Position numbers and translations under genes: made by a program
Virus record (IMG/VR): IMGVR_UViG_3300045930_000291
DNA length: 64,000 bases
Source of the DNA: an uncultured virus (IMG/VR IMGVR_UViG_3300045930_000291)
Taxonomy: Duplodnaviria > Heunggongvirae > Uroviricota > Caudoviricetes
Direction: 5' to 3' (one strand)
The notes under the pieces: generated by a model
Seen by the model: only the letters and a program-made list of their open reading frames with translations
Database searches by the model: none
What the model was told of the DNA's origin: nothing
Shown: one piece after another, positions 19,566 through 28,148 of the stretch
How the letters are laid out: each line of letters begins with the position of its first letter
Numbering within the stretch: position 1 is the stretch's first letter

Positions 19566-19725
19566 CGTGGTGGCGAACAAGCTGCGCCCCCGCTCGGCCC
19601 GTGCCGCGCTACTGCAGGTGGTCGGCTTCGGTGCCATCTCGTTTGCGCTGGGCATGTGGCTGGTGCCGGTGGGGATCGGCGCGGCGGGGGTGTCGCTGAT
19701 CGTCATGTCCGGGCTGTTGGAGTAA
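19549..19725 (+). CDS. Small two-TM membrane protein of the kind often found between terL and HK97-type portal genes (absent from the ORF track)
   Basis: TTG start after GAGGTGG; translates LKALADVVANKLRPRSARAALLQVVGFGAISFALGMWLVPVGIGAAGVSLIVMSGLLE*. Confidence 0.7.
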   Translation: MKALADVVANKLRPRSARAALLQVVGFGAISFALGMWLVPVGIGAAGVSLIVMSGLLE

Positions 19726-19729
19726 GGTC

Positions 19730-20527
19730 GTGCGGGTTCTGCCGGGGCAGTTCGCGGCGGAGGTGGAGCGGTCGCGGGCGGTGGTGGCGAGGGCGCAGGC
19801 GTTACTGCTGGACCGCACCTACAAGCGGGACAAAGAGGGCCAGTTCGCTGCAACCACGGGCGGCAAAGACGTCCGCGAAGCCTTGGCCGGACACGAAACC
19901 GCAGAGGCAGTCGGCACCGCCGCCGCAGCCGAAGCGAAACGGATCACCGGTCGGGACATCGACTTCGACCTCGCCGGCAGCGACCCACAGATTGCCGCAG
20001 AACACGCCGAAGGCATTCTTCGTGGACTAGAACGGTTCCCGACTACGGGGCTTAAGGCAGTTCGTCACGGCACCGACCCGGAAGCCGAGCAGCGCGAGGT
20101 GTTCGCGGTGACGAGCCGCGACGGTGGAACCATTACCTTCACGGCAAACGCACAGAAGTATGGCGCGGCCGGTTACCGGGCGGAGCTTAAACAGGCGAGA
20201 GCAGAGCACGCCATCTCAGCCGCCACCGCCACACCCATCGGCGTCGCCCTACATGAGTTCGGTCATAGCGTGGCAAACTCGCACGGCGCAAACGACCCAG
20301 CACTCAACGCCGGGTACCGCCATGCGGAAGGCAAGAAAGCCGGCGTATCCACCACCATCCAGACCGACCTTGGCCGGTACGCAACTAGCGCCGATCGCGA
20401 GATGGTCGCAGAGGGGTTTGCGCAGTCAATGGTTAAGGGAGACAAGGCGTCCGGTACCGCCAAGGCGATTATGGCAGGCATGGAGGAGTTCATCTCCTCC
20501 GGCCAACGTGGCCACGTTGGCGGCTAG
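19730..20527 (+). CDS. Single-domain HEFGH zinc-metallopeptidase-like protein with RTYKRDKEGQF tag
   Basis: Tag at 19814; HEFGH at 20252; GRYATSADREMVAEGF. Confidence 0.75.
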   Translation: MRVLPGQFAAEVERSRAVVARAQALLLDRTYKRDKEGQFAATTGGKDVREALAGHETAEAVGTAAAAEAKRITGRDIDFDLAGSDPQIAAEHAEGILRGLERFPTTGLKAVRHGTDPEAEQREVFAVTSRDGGTITFTANAQKYGAAGYRAELKQARAEHAISAATATPIGVALHEFGHSVANSHGANDPALNAGYRHAEGKKAGVSTTIQTDLGRYATSADREMVAEGFAQSMVKGDKASGTAKAIMAGMEEFISSGQRGHVGG

Positions 20528-20544
20528 GAGGGGATGATGGATCC

Positions 20545-20820
20545 ATGACCAGCCGCCCGCCGCCGCAGTGCCTGTCCTGCAAACACTGGATCAGCCCCCT
20601 CGACCGTGACGACCCGGACGCGAGCAAGCCCGAACCGACCCAGACCTGCGCCGCCTACCCGCTCGCCGACGGCGGCATCCCCGACGAGATCTGGTGGAAC
20701 CGCACCGACCACCGCCAGCCCTACGAAGGCGACCACGGCACCGTGTGGGAGTCCGACGGCGAACCGTTCCCCGACTGGGCCATGGCCGACGCCACCGAGG
20801 CGCCACCTACCTCGCAGTGA
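20545..20820 (+). CDS. Small Cys-rich protein; candidate peptidase inhibitor/immunity protein
   Basis: CLSCKH...TCAAYP..GIPDEIW...DHRQPYEGDHG; directly downstream of a peptidase gene. Confidence 0.6.
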   Translation: MTSRPPPQCLSCKHWISPLDRDDPDASKPEPTQTCAAYPLADGGIPDEIWWNRTDHRQPYEGDHGTVWESDGEPFPDWAMADATEAPPTSQ

Positions 20821-20995
20821 CGTCGCCGCGCTGCGCCATCGGGTGGCACTGTCGGATACCGATGGCTGACGGCCACTGTGGCCGGTGGGCCTGTCGCCAC
20901 TACCGATGTCTACGCTGCCCTGGCGTCTGGTACCTGATCACCAGCCAGAACGACGCAACCCTGCTGCGACAAGAGTGACCGGAGCGGGGTGAGCG

Positions 20996-22396
20996 GTGAA
21001 ATCACTCCTCGCCCCGCTGCTACGCAACGACACCCCCGTCCAGTACGCACCCCGCTCCGCCGGCATCACCTGGCCCTGGTCCCAGCGCACCGACGCCACC
21101 GCCCAGATCAAAGCCATGGGCAGTGTGGGCACCCTGTTCAACATCGTGAGTACGACCTCGCAGGCCGTGGCCGAGGTCGAGTGGAAGCTGTGGCGTAAGG
21201 CCAAGTCCGGCAAGGCCGAAGACCGCACCGAGGTAACCGCCCACCCGGCGCTGGACATATGGCAGAAGCCCAACAAGTTCATGACACGTCAAGAACTTGT
21301 CGAGTCGGTCCAGCAGCACCTCGACCTCACCGGCGAAGGCTGGTGCGTCGTCGCCCGCAACCCCCGCGCCCGCACGATCCCGCTCGAACTGTGGCCCGTC
21401 CGGCCCGACCGGATGGCACCGGTACCCTCGCCCACCAACTACATCGTCGGCTACGTCTACACCAACCCCGACGGCGAGAGTGTCCCGTTCGAGCCCGACT
21501 CCGTGCTGTTTATGCGCATGCCCAACCCAGACGACGCCTACCGCGGCATGGGTCCCGTCCAGTCGATCCTCATGGACATCGACTCGTCCAAGTACTCCGC
21601 GCAGTGGAACCGGAACTTCTTCTTGAACAGTGCGCAGCCGGGTGGGGTCATCGAGGTCGACAAGCGGCTCTCGGACGACGAGTTCCTGGAGCTCACCACC
21701 CGCTGGCGTGAACAGCACCAGGGCATCGCCAACGCCCACCGCGTCGCCGTGCTCGAGCAGGGCAAGTGGGTCGACCGGCAAATGAACATGCGGGACATGC
21801 AGTTCGTCGAACTTCGCTCGGTGGCGAAGGAGACCATCCGGGAGGCGTTCGGGTTCCCGAAGTTCGCGGCCGGCGAGGTCGATGACGTCAACCGGGCGAC
21901 AGCCGATGCATCCGCCGCATGGTTTGCCCGCCGGCTGACCGTTCCCCGCCTGTCGCGGTGGAAGGGGATGCTCAACAACGACTTCCTGCCCCTGTTCGGC
22001 ACGGCAGGGCAGAACCTCGAGTTCGACTACGAGAACCCGGTCAGCGAGGACCAGACCGCCGAGGACGCCGAGCGCACCTCTAAGGCGACGGCGGCGAAGA
22101 CGTACATCGTGGACTGTGGGTTCGAGCCGGAGCCGGTGCTGGAGTACCTGGAGCTGCCGTCGGACTGGAAGGTGGCCGAGAAGCCCGAGCCGGAGCCGCC
22201 GGCCATGCCGGTGCCCGGGCCGGGTGAGGGTCAGCCGCCGGCCGGCCCGGGGCAGCAGCAGCCGCCGCAGCAGGGCGGGTCGATGCCGACCGAACAGGTG
22301 GCTGCGTTGCTGAGTCTGGTGATGGGGGCGCGGGCGCGCGATGACGACCGGTATCACGATGACCGGCCGTTTCGGCGGCGCGAGTACTTCGACTGA
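20996..22396 (+). CDS. HK97-family portal protein
   Basis: LDLTGEGW, LWPVRPDRM, YRGMGPV, NFFLNSAQPGGVI, DMQFVELR; Pro/Gln-rich tail. Confidence 0.92.
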   Translation: MKSLLAPLLRNDTPVQYAPRSAGITWPWSQRTDATAQIKAMGSVGTLFNIVSTTSQAVAEVEWKLWRKAKSGKAEDRTEVTAHPALDIWQKPNKFMTRQELVESVQQHLDLTGEGWCVVARNPRARTIPLELWPVRPDRMAPVPSPTNYIVGYVYTNPDGESVPFEPDSVLFMRMPNPDDAYRGMGPVQSILMDIDSSKYSAQWNRNFFLNSAQPGGVIEVDKRLSDDEFLELTTRWREQHQGIANAHRVAVLEQGKWVDRQMNMRDMQFVELRSVAKETIREAFGFPKFAAGEVDDVNRATADASAAWFARRLTVPRLSRWKGMLNNDFLPLFGTAGQNLEFDYENPVSEDQTAEDAERTSKATAAKTYIVDCGFEPEPVLEYLELPSDWKVAEKPEPEPPAMPVPGPGEGQPPAGPGQQQPPQQGGSMPTEQVAALLSLVMGARARDDDRYHDDRPFRRREYFD

Positions 22397-24656
22397 GAAC
22401 CGGACCTACAAGCGGGACCGGGACGGCCGGTTCAGCTCAGGCGGTGGAGGCGGGGGCGTTCGTCAGGCGCTGGCCGACGCCAAGGACATCGACAGACTGA
22501 ACGCGGCGGCCAAGGCGGAAACCCGGCGTATCACCGGGCGCCGGTACGGCATTGACATCGATATGACCGGCTCGGACCTTCAGACCGCCAAGGAGCATGC
22601 CGAAGGCATCCTCCGGGGTCTCGAGAAGTACCCCAGGGCAAATCTTGCTCAGGTCGATGTACGTCAGCTGGCCGACAACGTATACGCGCACGCTAACGGA
22701 AACCACATCGTATTCAACAGCACCTTTGCCTCCTCGGCCGGCCGAAAGAGGTACGAAGACTCCCTGGCCGAATCGGTCAAGGGCTGGGACGAGGGACTGC
22801 AGACATACGGAATCAGCGATCGCAAGATCGCCGGATTCCACACGCGGAATAGTGGTACACCGATAGCGGTGGGTCTGCATGAGTTCGGCCACGTCGTTGA
22901 CATCGCCACGACATACCGCCGCAGCGACTCGGCGGTCCACGAGATTACCAGGAAGCTGACTGAACGGGAGCAGCGTAAGCAGACGCTGCCAGGGACGCCC
23001 ATCAACGGCTCTGATGATTTCGTGCAACGAACGGTGTCCACGTATGCAAGAACGAATCAAACTGAGCTCATCGCGGAAGCATTCACCGACGTAATGGTCA
23101 ACGGGTCCGGCGCGTCGGGGCTTTCGAAGGGCATCGTCGGTGCGTTGGATGCCGAGTACAACAAGATGTTCCCACCGGCCAACCTTCTGGCCATACTGGC
23201 CCGCACCTACACCCGCGACAAGCAGGGCCGCTTCTCCGGCCACGGCGGCATCCGCCAGTCCCTGCAGGACGCCAAAACCACCGAAGAGGTCGCCGCGGTC
23301 CTCAAGTCCGAGGTGTCTGGCGTCCTCGGCCACGAGGTCAAGGTCGGCCTGGCCGGCCTCGACGTCGACACCGCACGCATCCACGCCGAGGGCGTGCTCC
23401 GCGGCGCCGAAGCGTTCCCCACCGCGCAGCTGCGGCTGGTCAAGACGTACGGGCCGGACAGCCCGTTCGGCCACTACGGCGGCATGCAGCCGGAGGCATT
23501 CGCCGTCACGGTTGGCGGTCGGGACATCTACTTCAACACCGACTACGGCCACGTCGAGCACTACTCGCGCGAGATGGACCTGGCCACCCACCTCGCCGGG
23601 ACACCCGGCGACCTGACCCGCGTCGCCGTGCATGAGTTCGGCCACGTCGTCAACGGCACCGTGCCGGGCGCCAACCTGGCCGCCCTTCAGCAGGCGAAGC
23701 AGGCGGCCGGTGGTGGATCCCGCTCGGCCCTCGTCCGGGGCGAGATCTCCAAGTACGCCTCCAAGAACTCCAGCGAGCTGTTCGCCGAGGCGTTCATGGA
23801 CGTGGTCTCCAAAGGCGACGACGCCTCCGACCTCTCGCATGCAATTGTGGCCGCAGCGGCGCGGGGCGGCGGTACGTCCAACCGGATGGCCGGGCCCCGC
23901 AACGCCGCCCAGGACGTCGACCTGTCCGGCCTACAAGCCGAGTTCGAACGCCAACTCGACGCGCTGCTACGACGGTGGACCGACATCACCGCCGCACAAC
24001 GGGCCCAGATCGTCGACCAGGTACGGGTCGCGGTCACGTCCAACGACCTCGCCGCCCTCGCCCGGCTACACGTGTCCACCGCCGAAGCGGCGCAGACACT
24101 CACCGAAGCTATGGCCCAGATCGCCCTCGACGCGGCCCGCGCCATGGTCAACGAAGCAGCTGACCAAGGCGTACGCATCGACCCGGTCGCGTCCGACACC
24201 GCCCCGTTCATGGCCACCGCCACCGCGGTCACCGCACTGCTCGCCGAAGGACTCACCAACTCCGGCGGCCGCGAAGCCCTGCGGCTGTGGTCACCGTCCA
24301 CATCGGGCGAGCAGGTGGCCGCCGCAGTCGACGAGCACCTGTCCGGCCTGTCCGACACGTTCGTGCGGGACAACCTGGGCGGGGCCATGATGGCCGCGCT
24401 CACCGCCGGCCGGACCAACACGATGCTGGCCGCACCGTCGGCCGCGATCTACGCCAGCGAGTACATGGACCGCAACACCTGCAAGCCCTGCCGGCGCATC
24501 AACGGCAAGTGGCTCGGCAACTCTGACGACCCCGACATCGTGGCGAAGATCGAGGCCGTCTACCCCAACGGCGGCTACCGCGACTGCCTCGGCGGCGTGC
24601 GCTGCAGAGGCACGTTGATTTCTGTCTATCGCCCGGACCAGGTTCTCGGCCCATAG
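22341..24656 (+). CDS. MuF (phage head morphogenesis/minor capsid) protein with two N-terminal tagged HEFGH peptidase domains
   Basis: Tags at 22401 and 23202; HEFGH at 22878 and 23631; C-terminal MuF-like ASEYMDRNTCKPC...CLGGVRCRGTL. Confidence 0.8.
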   Translation: MTTGITMTGRFGGASTSTENRTYKRDRDGRFSSGGGGGGVRQALADAKDIDRLNAAAKAETRRITGRRYGIDIDMTGSDLQTAKEHAEGILRGLEKYPRANLAQVDVRQLADNVYAHANGNHIVFNSTFASSAGRKRYEDSLAESVKGWDEGLQTYGISDRKIAGFHTRNSGTPIAVGLHEFGHVVDIATTYRRSDSAVHEITRKLTEREQRKQTLPGTPINGSDDFVQRTVSTYARTNQTELIAEAFTDVMVNGSGASGLSKGIVGALDAEYNKMFPPANLLAILARTYTRDKQGRFSGHGGIRQSLQDAKTTEEVAAVLKSEVSGVLGHEVKVGLAGLDVDTARIHAEGVLRGAEAFPTAQLRLVKTYGPDSPFGHYGGMQPEAFAVTVGGRDIYFNTDYGHVEHYSREMDLATHLAGTPGDLTRVAVHEFGHVVNGTVPGANLAALQQAKQAAGGGSRSALVRGEISKYASKNSSELFAEAFMDVVSKGDDASDLSHAIVAAAARGGGTSNRMAGPRNAAQDVDLSGLQAEFERQLDALLRRWTDITAAQRAQIVDQVRVAVTSNDLAALARLHVSTAEAAQTLTEAMAQIALDAARAMVNEAADQGVRIDPVASDTAPFMATATAVTALLAEGLTNSGGREALRLWSPSTSGEQVAAAVDEHLSGLSDTFVRDNLGGAMMAALTAGRTNTMLAAPSAAIYASEYMDRNTCKPCRRINGKWLGNSDDPDIVAKIEAVYPNGGYRDCLGGVRCRGTLISVYRPDQVLGP

Positions 24657-24668
24657 AAGGAGGCCCGG

Positions 24669-25904
24669 GTGAAGTCGTGGTACAGCATCAGGAACCTGGC
24701 CCAGTCCACTGAGGTTTTCTTGTATGACGAGGTCGGGGCATGGGGCGTCTCGGCCAACGACTTCGTCAAAGAGTTGCGCGACATCAAGGCGCCCGTCATC
24801 GACCTGCGGGTGTCGTCGCCCGGCGGCGACGTATTCGACGGCGTGGCCATATACAACGCCCTGAAGAACCACCCGGCCACCGTGAACGTCATCATCGACG
24901 GCCTCGCCGCCTCGGCCGCTTCGTTCATATGCCAGGCCGGCGACCGTATCGCCATCGCCCGCAATGCCCAGATGATGATTCACGAGGCGCACGCCGTGGC
25001 CGTGGGCAACTCCAAGGACATGGCCGCCATGACCCAGCTGCTGGAGACGTGGTCGGACAACATCGCCGACATGTACGCCCAACGCGCCGGCGGCACCGTC
25101 GCCGACTGGCGGGCCCGGATGCGGGCCGAAACGTGGTACACCGCCGAGGAGGCGGTCAAGGCGGGGCTGGCCGACGAGGTGGCCGGCCCGGGCCGGAAGG
25201 CGGCCAACGCCTGGGATCTGACGGTGTTCAACTTCGCTGGACGCGACAAGGCGCCCGACCCGTTCGGCCTGGTGCCCCCTGCGGTGCAGGCTGTCGTGGC
25301 GGATGTGGAACCCGAGGTCGAGCCGGTTGAGACGACCGACACGGAACCCGACGAGCCCATGGTCGAGATGCCCGCCTCGACTGAGTCGGAGCCGGAGCAG
25401 GAACCCGTACCGACCACTGTGGACTTCGACCCGGCCGCCTTCCGCACCGCCATGGCCCGGGCAACCGAACTGCCATTCAATCCGGCGGATTTTCGTGATG
25501 CCATGCAGGCTGCGGCAGGCAGCGCCCCGGCTCCACCTCAACCAGAACGGCGCCCGGTCGACCTGGGACCACTGCCCCCATCGCCGCCGGCGGAGCCCAG
25601 CCCCGGGCCGTGGGATGCCATCCGTACCGCGATGACCGCGGCGGCCAATGATGCACCCGCACCGCCTCGGTCCCAGCCGCGCCCGGTCGACCTCGGCCCG
25701 ATGCCGCAGCCACCACCGGCCGAACCGCCCCCACCTGAACTCGGGGTGTGGGACGCCTTCCGGGCGGCGATGACCGTGGCCGCCAACGACGCACCCGCAC
25801 CACCACAACCCCCACAGACACACGGAAGCCCGGCCGACGAGCCGGGCTTCGCGTTTGATGCCTCGTCATTCCGAGCTGCCTTGAGGAGGGCACACAGTGA
25901 GTAA
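24669..25904 (+). CDS. ClpP-type head maturation protease with Pro-rich repeated C-terminal (scaffold-like) region
   Basis: SSPGGDVFDG, DGLAASAASFI, MMIHEA, ETWYTAEEAV..GLADEV. Confidence 0.9.
   Translation: MKSWYSIRNLAQSTEVFLYDEVGAWGVSANDFVKELRDIKAPVIDLRVSSPGGDVFDGVAIYNALKNHPATVNVIIDGLAASAASFICQAGDRIAIARNAQMMIHEAHAVAVGNSKDMAAMTQLLETWSDNIADMYAQRAGGTVADWRARMRAETWYTAEEAVKAGLADEVAGPGRKAANAWDLTVFNFAGRDKAPDPFGLVPPAVQAVVADVEPEVEPVETTDTEPDEPMVEMPASTESEPEQEPVPTTVDFDPAAFRTAMARATELPFNPADFRDAMQAAAGSAPAPPQPERRPVDLGPLPPSPPAEPSPGPWDAIRTAMTAAANDAPAPPRSQPRPVDLGPMPQPPPAEPPPPELGVWDAFRAAMTVAANDAPAPPQPPQTHGSPADEPGFAFDASSFRAALRRAHSE
25550..25805 (+). repeat. Two about 40-aa tandem repeats in the protease C-terminus
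   Basis: RPVDLGP.P..PPAEP....WDA(I/F)R.AMT.AANDAPAPP twice. Confidence 0.8.
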
Positions 25905-27375
25905 CACCATCAGCCTCGCGCCTTGGCAGCGTCGGAGGCTCAACCAACTCGGTGTCAGCGCGGCCGACATTGGCCGCCTGTACAACCGGGCGGCCGCTAC
26001 CACGGCTGGTCAGGTCGACCCGGAGAGCATCACGATCCCCACCACCCAGGCGCAGTTGGAGGAGATGCTGGGCGATTCGGCCAAGATGCAGCGCGTCTTC
26101 GCCGACAAGGCCCTGTTCCCGGAGTTCATCACCAACTACGCCCGGGCCGTTCACAAGCGGGACCTGGACATCGCGACCCAGGTGCAGGAGCAGGTCCAAC
26201 TGGTGCTCGCCAACTGGCTGCGGGAGAACCAGCCGGAGGGCATCGACCGGATCGACCTGACCCCCCGGCAGGTCATCGCCCACGGTGATGCCCGCAACAA
26301 CATCCACAACCCGCGGGCCATGGGTGCCGTGCTCGACCGCGACTTCGTTGGCCCCACCGCGTCGGCGGACTACTTCGCCACCATCTGGCACCTGGCCAAC
26401 AAGACCGGCGACGTCCAAGCCAAACTCCAGCGGGTCCGCAACGCCTTCAGCAGCACGGTGCCGTCCGAGGGCGGGTTCCTGATTCCGGAGACGCTGCGGT
26501 CGGAACTGCTGCGGGTGTCGCTGGAAACGTCGGTGGTGCGCCCGCGCGCGCGGGTCATCCCGATGGAGACGCTCCGGGTGCCTTTCCCGGCCATCGACTC
26601 CACCTCCAACGTGTCGTCTGTCTACGGCGGCATCATCGGCTACTGGACCGAGGAAGGTGCGGCGCTCACCGCGTCCTCGGCCTCGTTCGGCCGGATCGTG
26701 CTCGACGCCAAGAAGCTCACCGCATACGCCGAGGTCCCGAACGAGTTGATCTCCGACTCGATCGGCTCGTTCCAGGCCTTCCTGGACCAGATGTTCCCGG
26801 AGGCGCTGGGCTTCTACGAGGACTACGCCTTCATGCAGGGCTCCGGTGTCGGCGAGCCGCTCGGGTTCCTGAACACTGGCAACACCGCGATGGTTACGGT
26901 CAGCAAGGAGACCAACCAGGCGGCGGACACGATCGTGTGGGAGAACGTCGTCAAGATGTTCGCCCGCATGTTGCCGCAGAGCCTGAGCCGCGCGGTCTGG
27001 ATCGTTTCGCCTGACACCTTCCCACAGTTGGCCACCATGGCCCTGGCGGTCGGTACTGGCGGCTCGGCGGTGTGGCTGAACAACGGTGTGTCTGGCCCGC
27101 CAGCCACCATTCTTGGCCGGCCGGTAATCGTCTCGGAGAAGGCGTCGAAGATTGGCGACCTTGGCGATATCACGTTTGTCGATCTGGGTTTCTATCTTGT
27201 TGGAGATCGCCAGGTCATGAGCGCGATGTCGAGCCCGCACTACAAGTTCGCCAACGACCAGACCGCATACCGGATCATTGAGCGTGTCGATGGTAGGCCG
27301 TGGATCCAGTCGCCGATTACGCCCAAGAATGCCGGGGCAACGCTTAGTGCTTTCGTGCAATTGGAAGCGCGCTAA
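25897..27375 (+). CDS. Major capsid protein (HK97 fold)
   Basis: SEGGFLIPE, WTEEGA, KKLTAYAEVPNELISDS, GSGVGEPLGFLN, TILGRPV, RIIERVDGRP. Confidence 0.93.
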   Translation: MSNTISLAPWQRRRLNQLGVSAADIGRLYNRAAATTAGQVDPESITIPTTQAQLEEMLGDSAKMQRVFADKALFPEFITNYARAVHKRDLDIATQVQEQVQLVLANWLRENQPEGIDRIDLTPRQVIAHGDARNNIHNPRAMGAVLDRDFVGPTASADYFATIWHLANKTGDVQAKLQRVRNAFSSTVPSEGGFLIPETLRSELLRVSLETSVVRPRARVIPMETLRVPFPAIDSTSNVSSVYGGIIGYWTEEGAALTASSASFGRIVLDAKKLTAYAEVPNELISDSIGSFQAFLDQMFPEALGFYEDYAFMQGSGVGEPLGFLNTGNTAMVTVSKETNQAADTIVWENVVKMFARMLPQSLSRAVWIVSPDTFPQLATMALAVGTGGSAVWLNNGVSGPPATILGRPVIVSEKASKIGDLGDITFVDLGFYLVGDRQVMSAMSSPHYKFANDQTAYRIIERVDGRPWIQSPITPKNAGATLSAFVQLEAR

Positions 27376-27407
27376 GGCGTAGTAACGGAGCAGTTGTAAG
27401 GAACCAT

Positions 27408-27431
27408 CCCCGGCCCGGATCCGGGCCGGGG
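27408..27431. terminator. Perfect 24-bp palindrome after the capsid gene (terminator/attenuator or mRNA-stabilising hairpin)
   Basis: CCCCGGCCCGGA-TCCGGGCCGGGG; a related GC hairpin at about 28065-28093. Confidence 0.55.
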
Positions 27432-27508
27432 TCTCTAGCCCGAGCGCCGCGGCGCGGTAGGGCGTGCTCGCGCAGCATTCACACCCTGCGCAGAGAGAAG
27501 GAAACCCC

Positions 27509-28057
27509 ATGGGAATGCGGGCACTTGGCCGCCTGTTCGACATCGGCGTCGCGGTCGCGCCAGTCGACATCAACACGTCGGATGCGGCCACCGGCAAGCG
27601 GATCAGCATGGTGGACTGCTCGGGTATCACCATTGTCGCAATCACCCTCGTCGGTGGTGCTGATGACCTGACGTTCGACGTCCAGCAGCACACCGCCTAC
27701 ACCAGTGGCACGTCCAACGATATGGACTCGACCAACTCTGCGACCGGTGTCACGGCCTGGCACATCAAGGCCGAGACGGCGCTGGACAACGACGAGTCGT
27801 GGGTCGAAGTGACCCAGTCGGCTGCGTCGGAGTGCACAGTGGTCGGTGCGACGTACGGCACCCAGCAGAAGCTGGTCGCCATCTACGTCGGCGCGGACCA
27901 GCTCGCGGCCGGCTACACGCACATCTCGGTGAACGTGGCCTGCACCACGGCCACGTCGCAGCTGCTGGCTGTGCTGTATCTCAAGCATGACCTGGTTGTG
28001 CAGCGCAAGGCCGTGAACCTGCCGAACCTGCTCAACCCGGGTGCGGCCAACGCCTGA
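27509..28057 (+). CDS. Capsid decoration/minor head protein (by position)
   Basis: Follows the capsid gene; beta-rich. Confidence 0.65.
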   Translation: MGMRALGRLFDIGVAVAPVDINTSDAATGKRISMVDCSGITIVAITLVGGADDLTFDVQQHTAYTSGTSNDMDSTNSATGVTAWHIKAETALDNDESWVEVTQSAASECTVVGATYGTQQKLVAIYVGADQLAAGYTHISVNVACTTATSQLLAVLYLKHDLVVQRKAVNLPNLLNPGAANA

Positions 28058-28148
28058 TCGACCACGGCCGGCCCGGGGCGCTCCGGGCCGGCCGGCACCA
28101 AATCCGCCACGAGGAACCAACCTCGTTAAAACAGGAGGCATACAGCAA

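Noticed and set aside
20842..20916. Imperfect direct repeat GGTGG..CTGTCG..TACCGATG before the portal gene as a late promoter
   Set aside because: Only two degenerate copies, no well-spaced -35/-10 pair, and not found before other late genes by eye
17997..23240. Tag repeats as CRISPR repeats or a diversity-generating retroelement template/variable pair
   Set aside because: Conservation is at protein level with synonymous variation, copies are hundreds of bp apart within ORFs, and no reverse transcriptase is present
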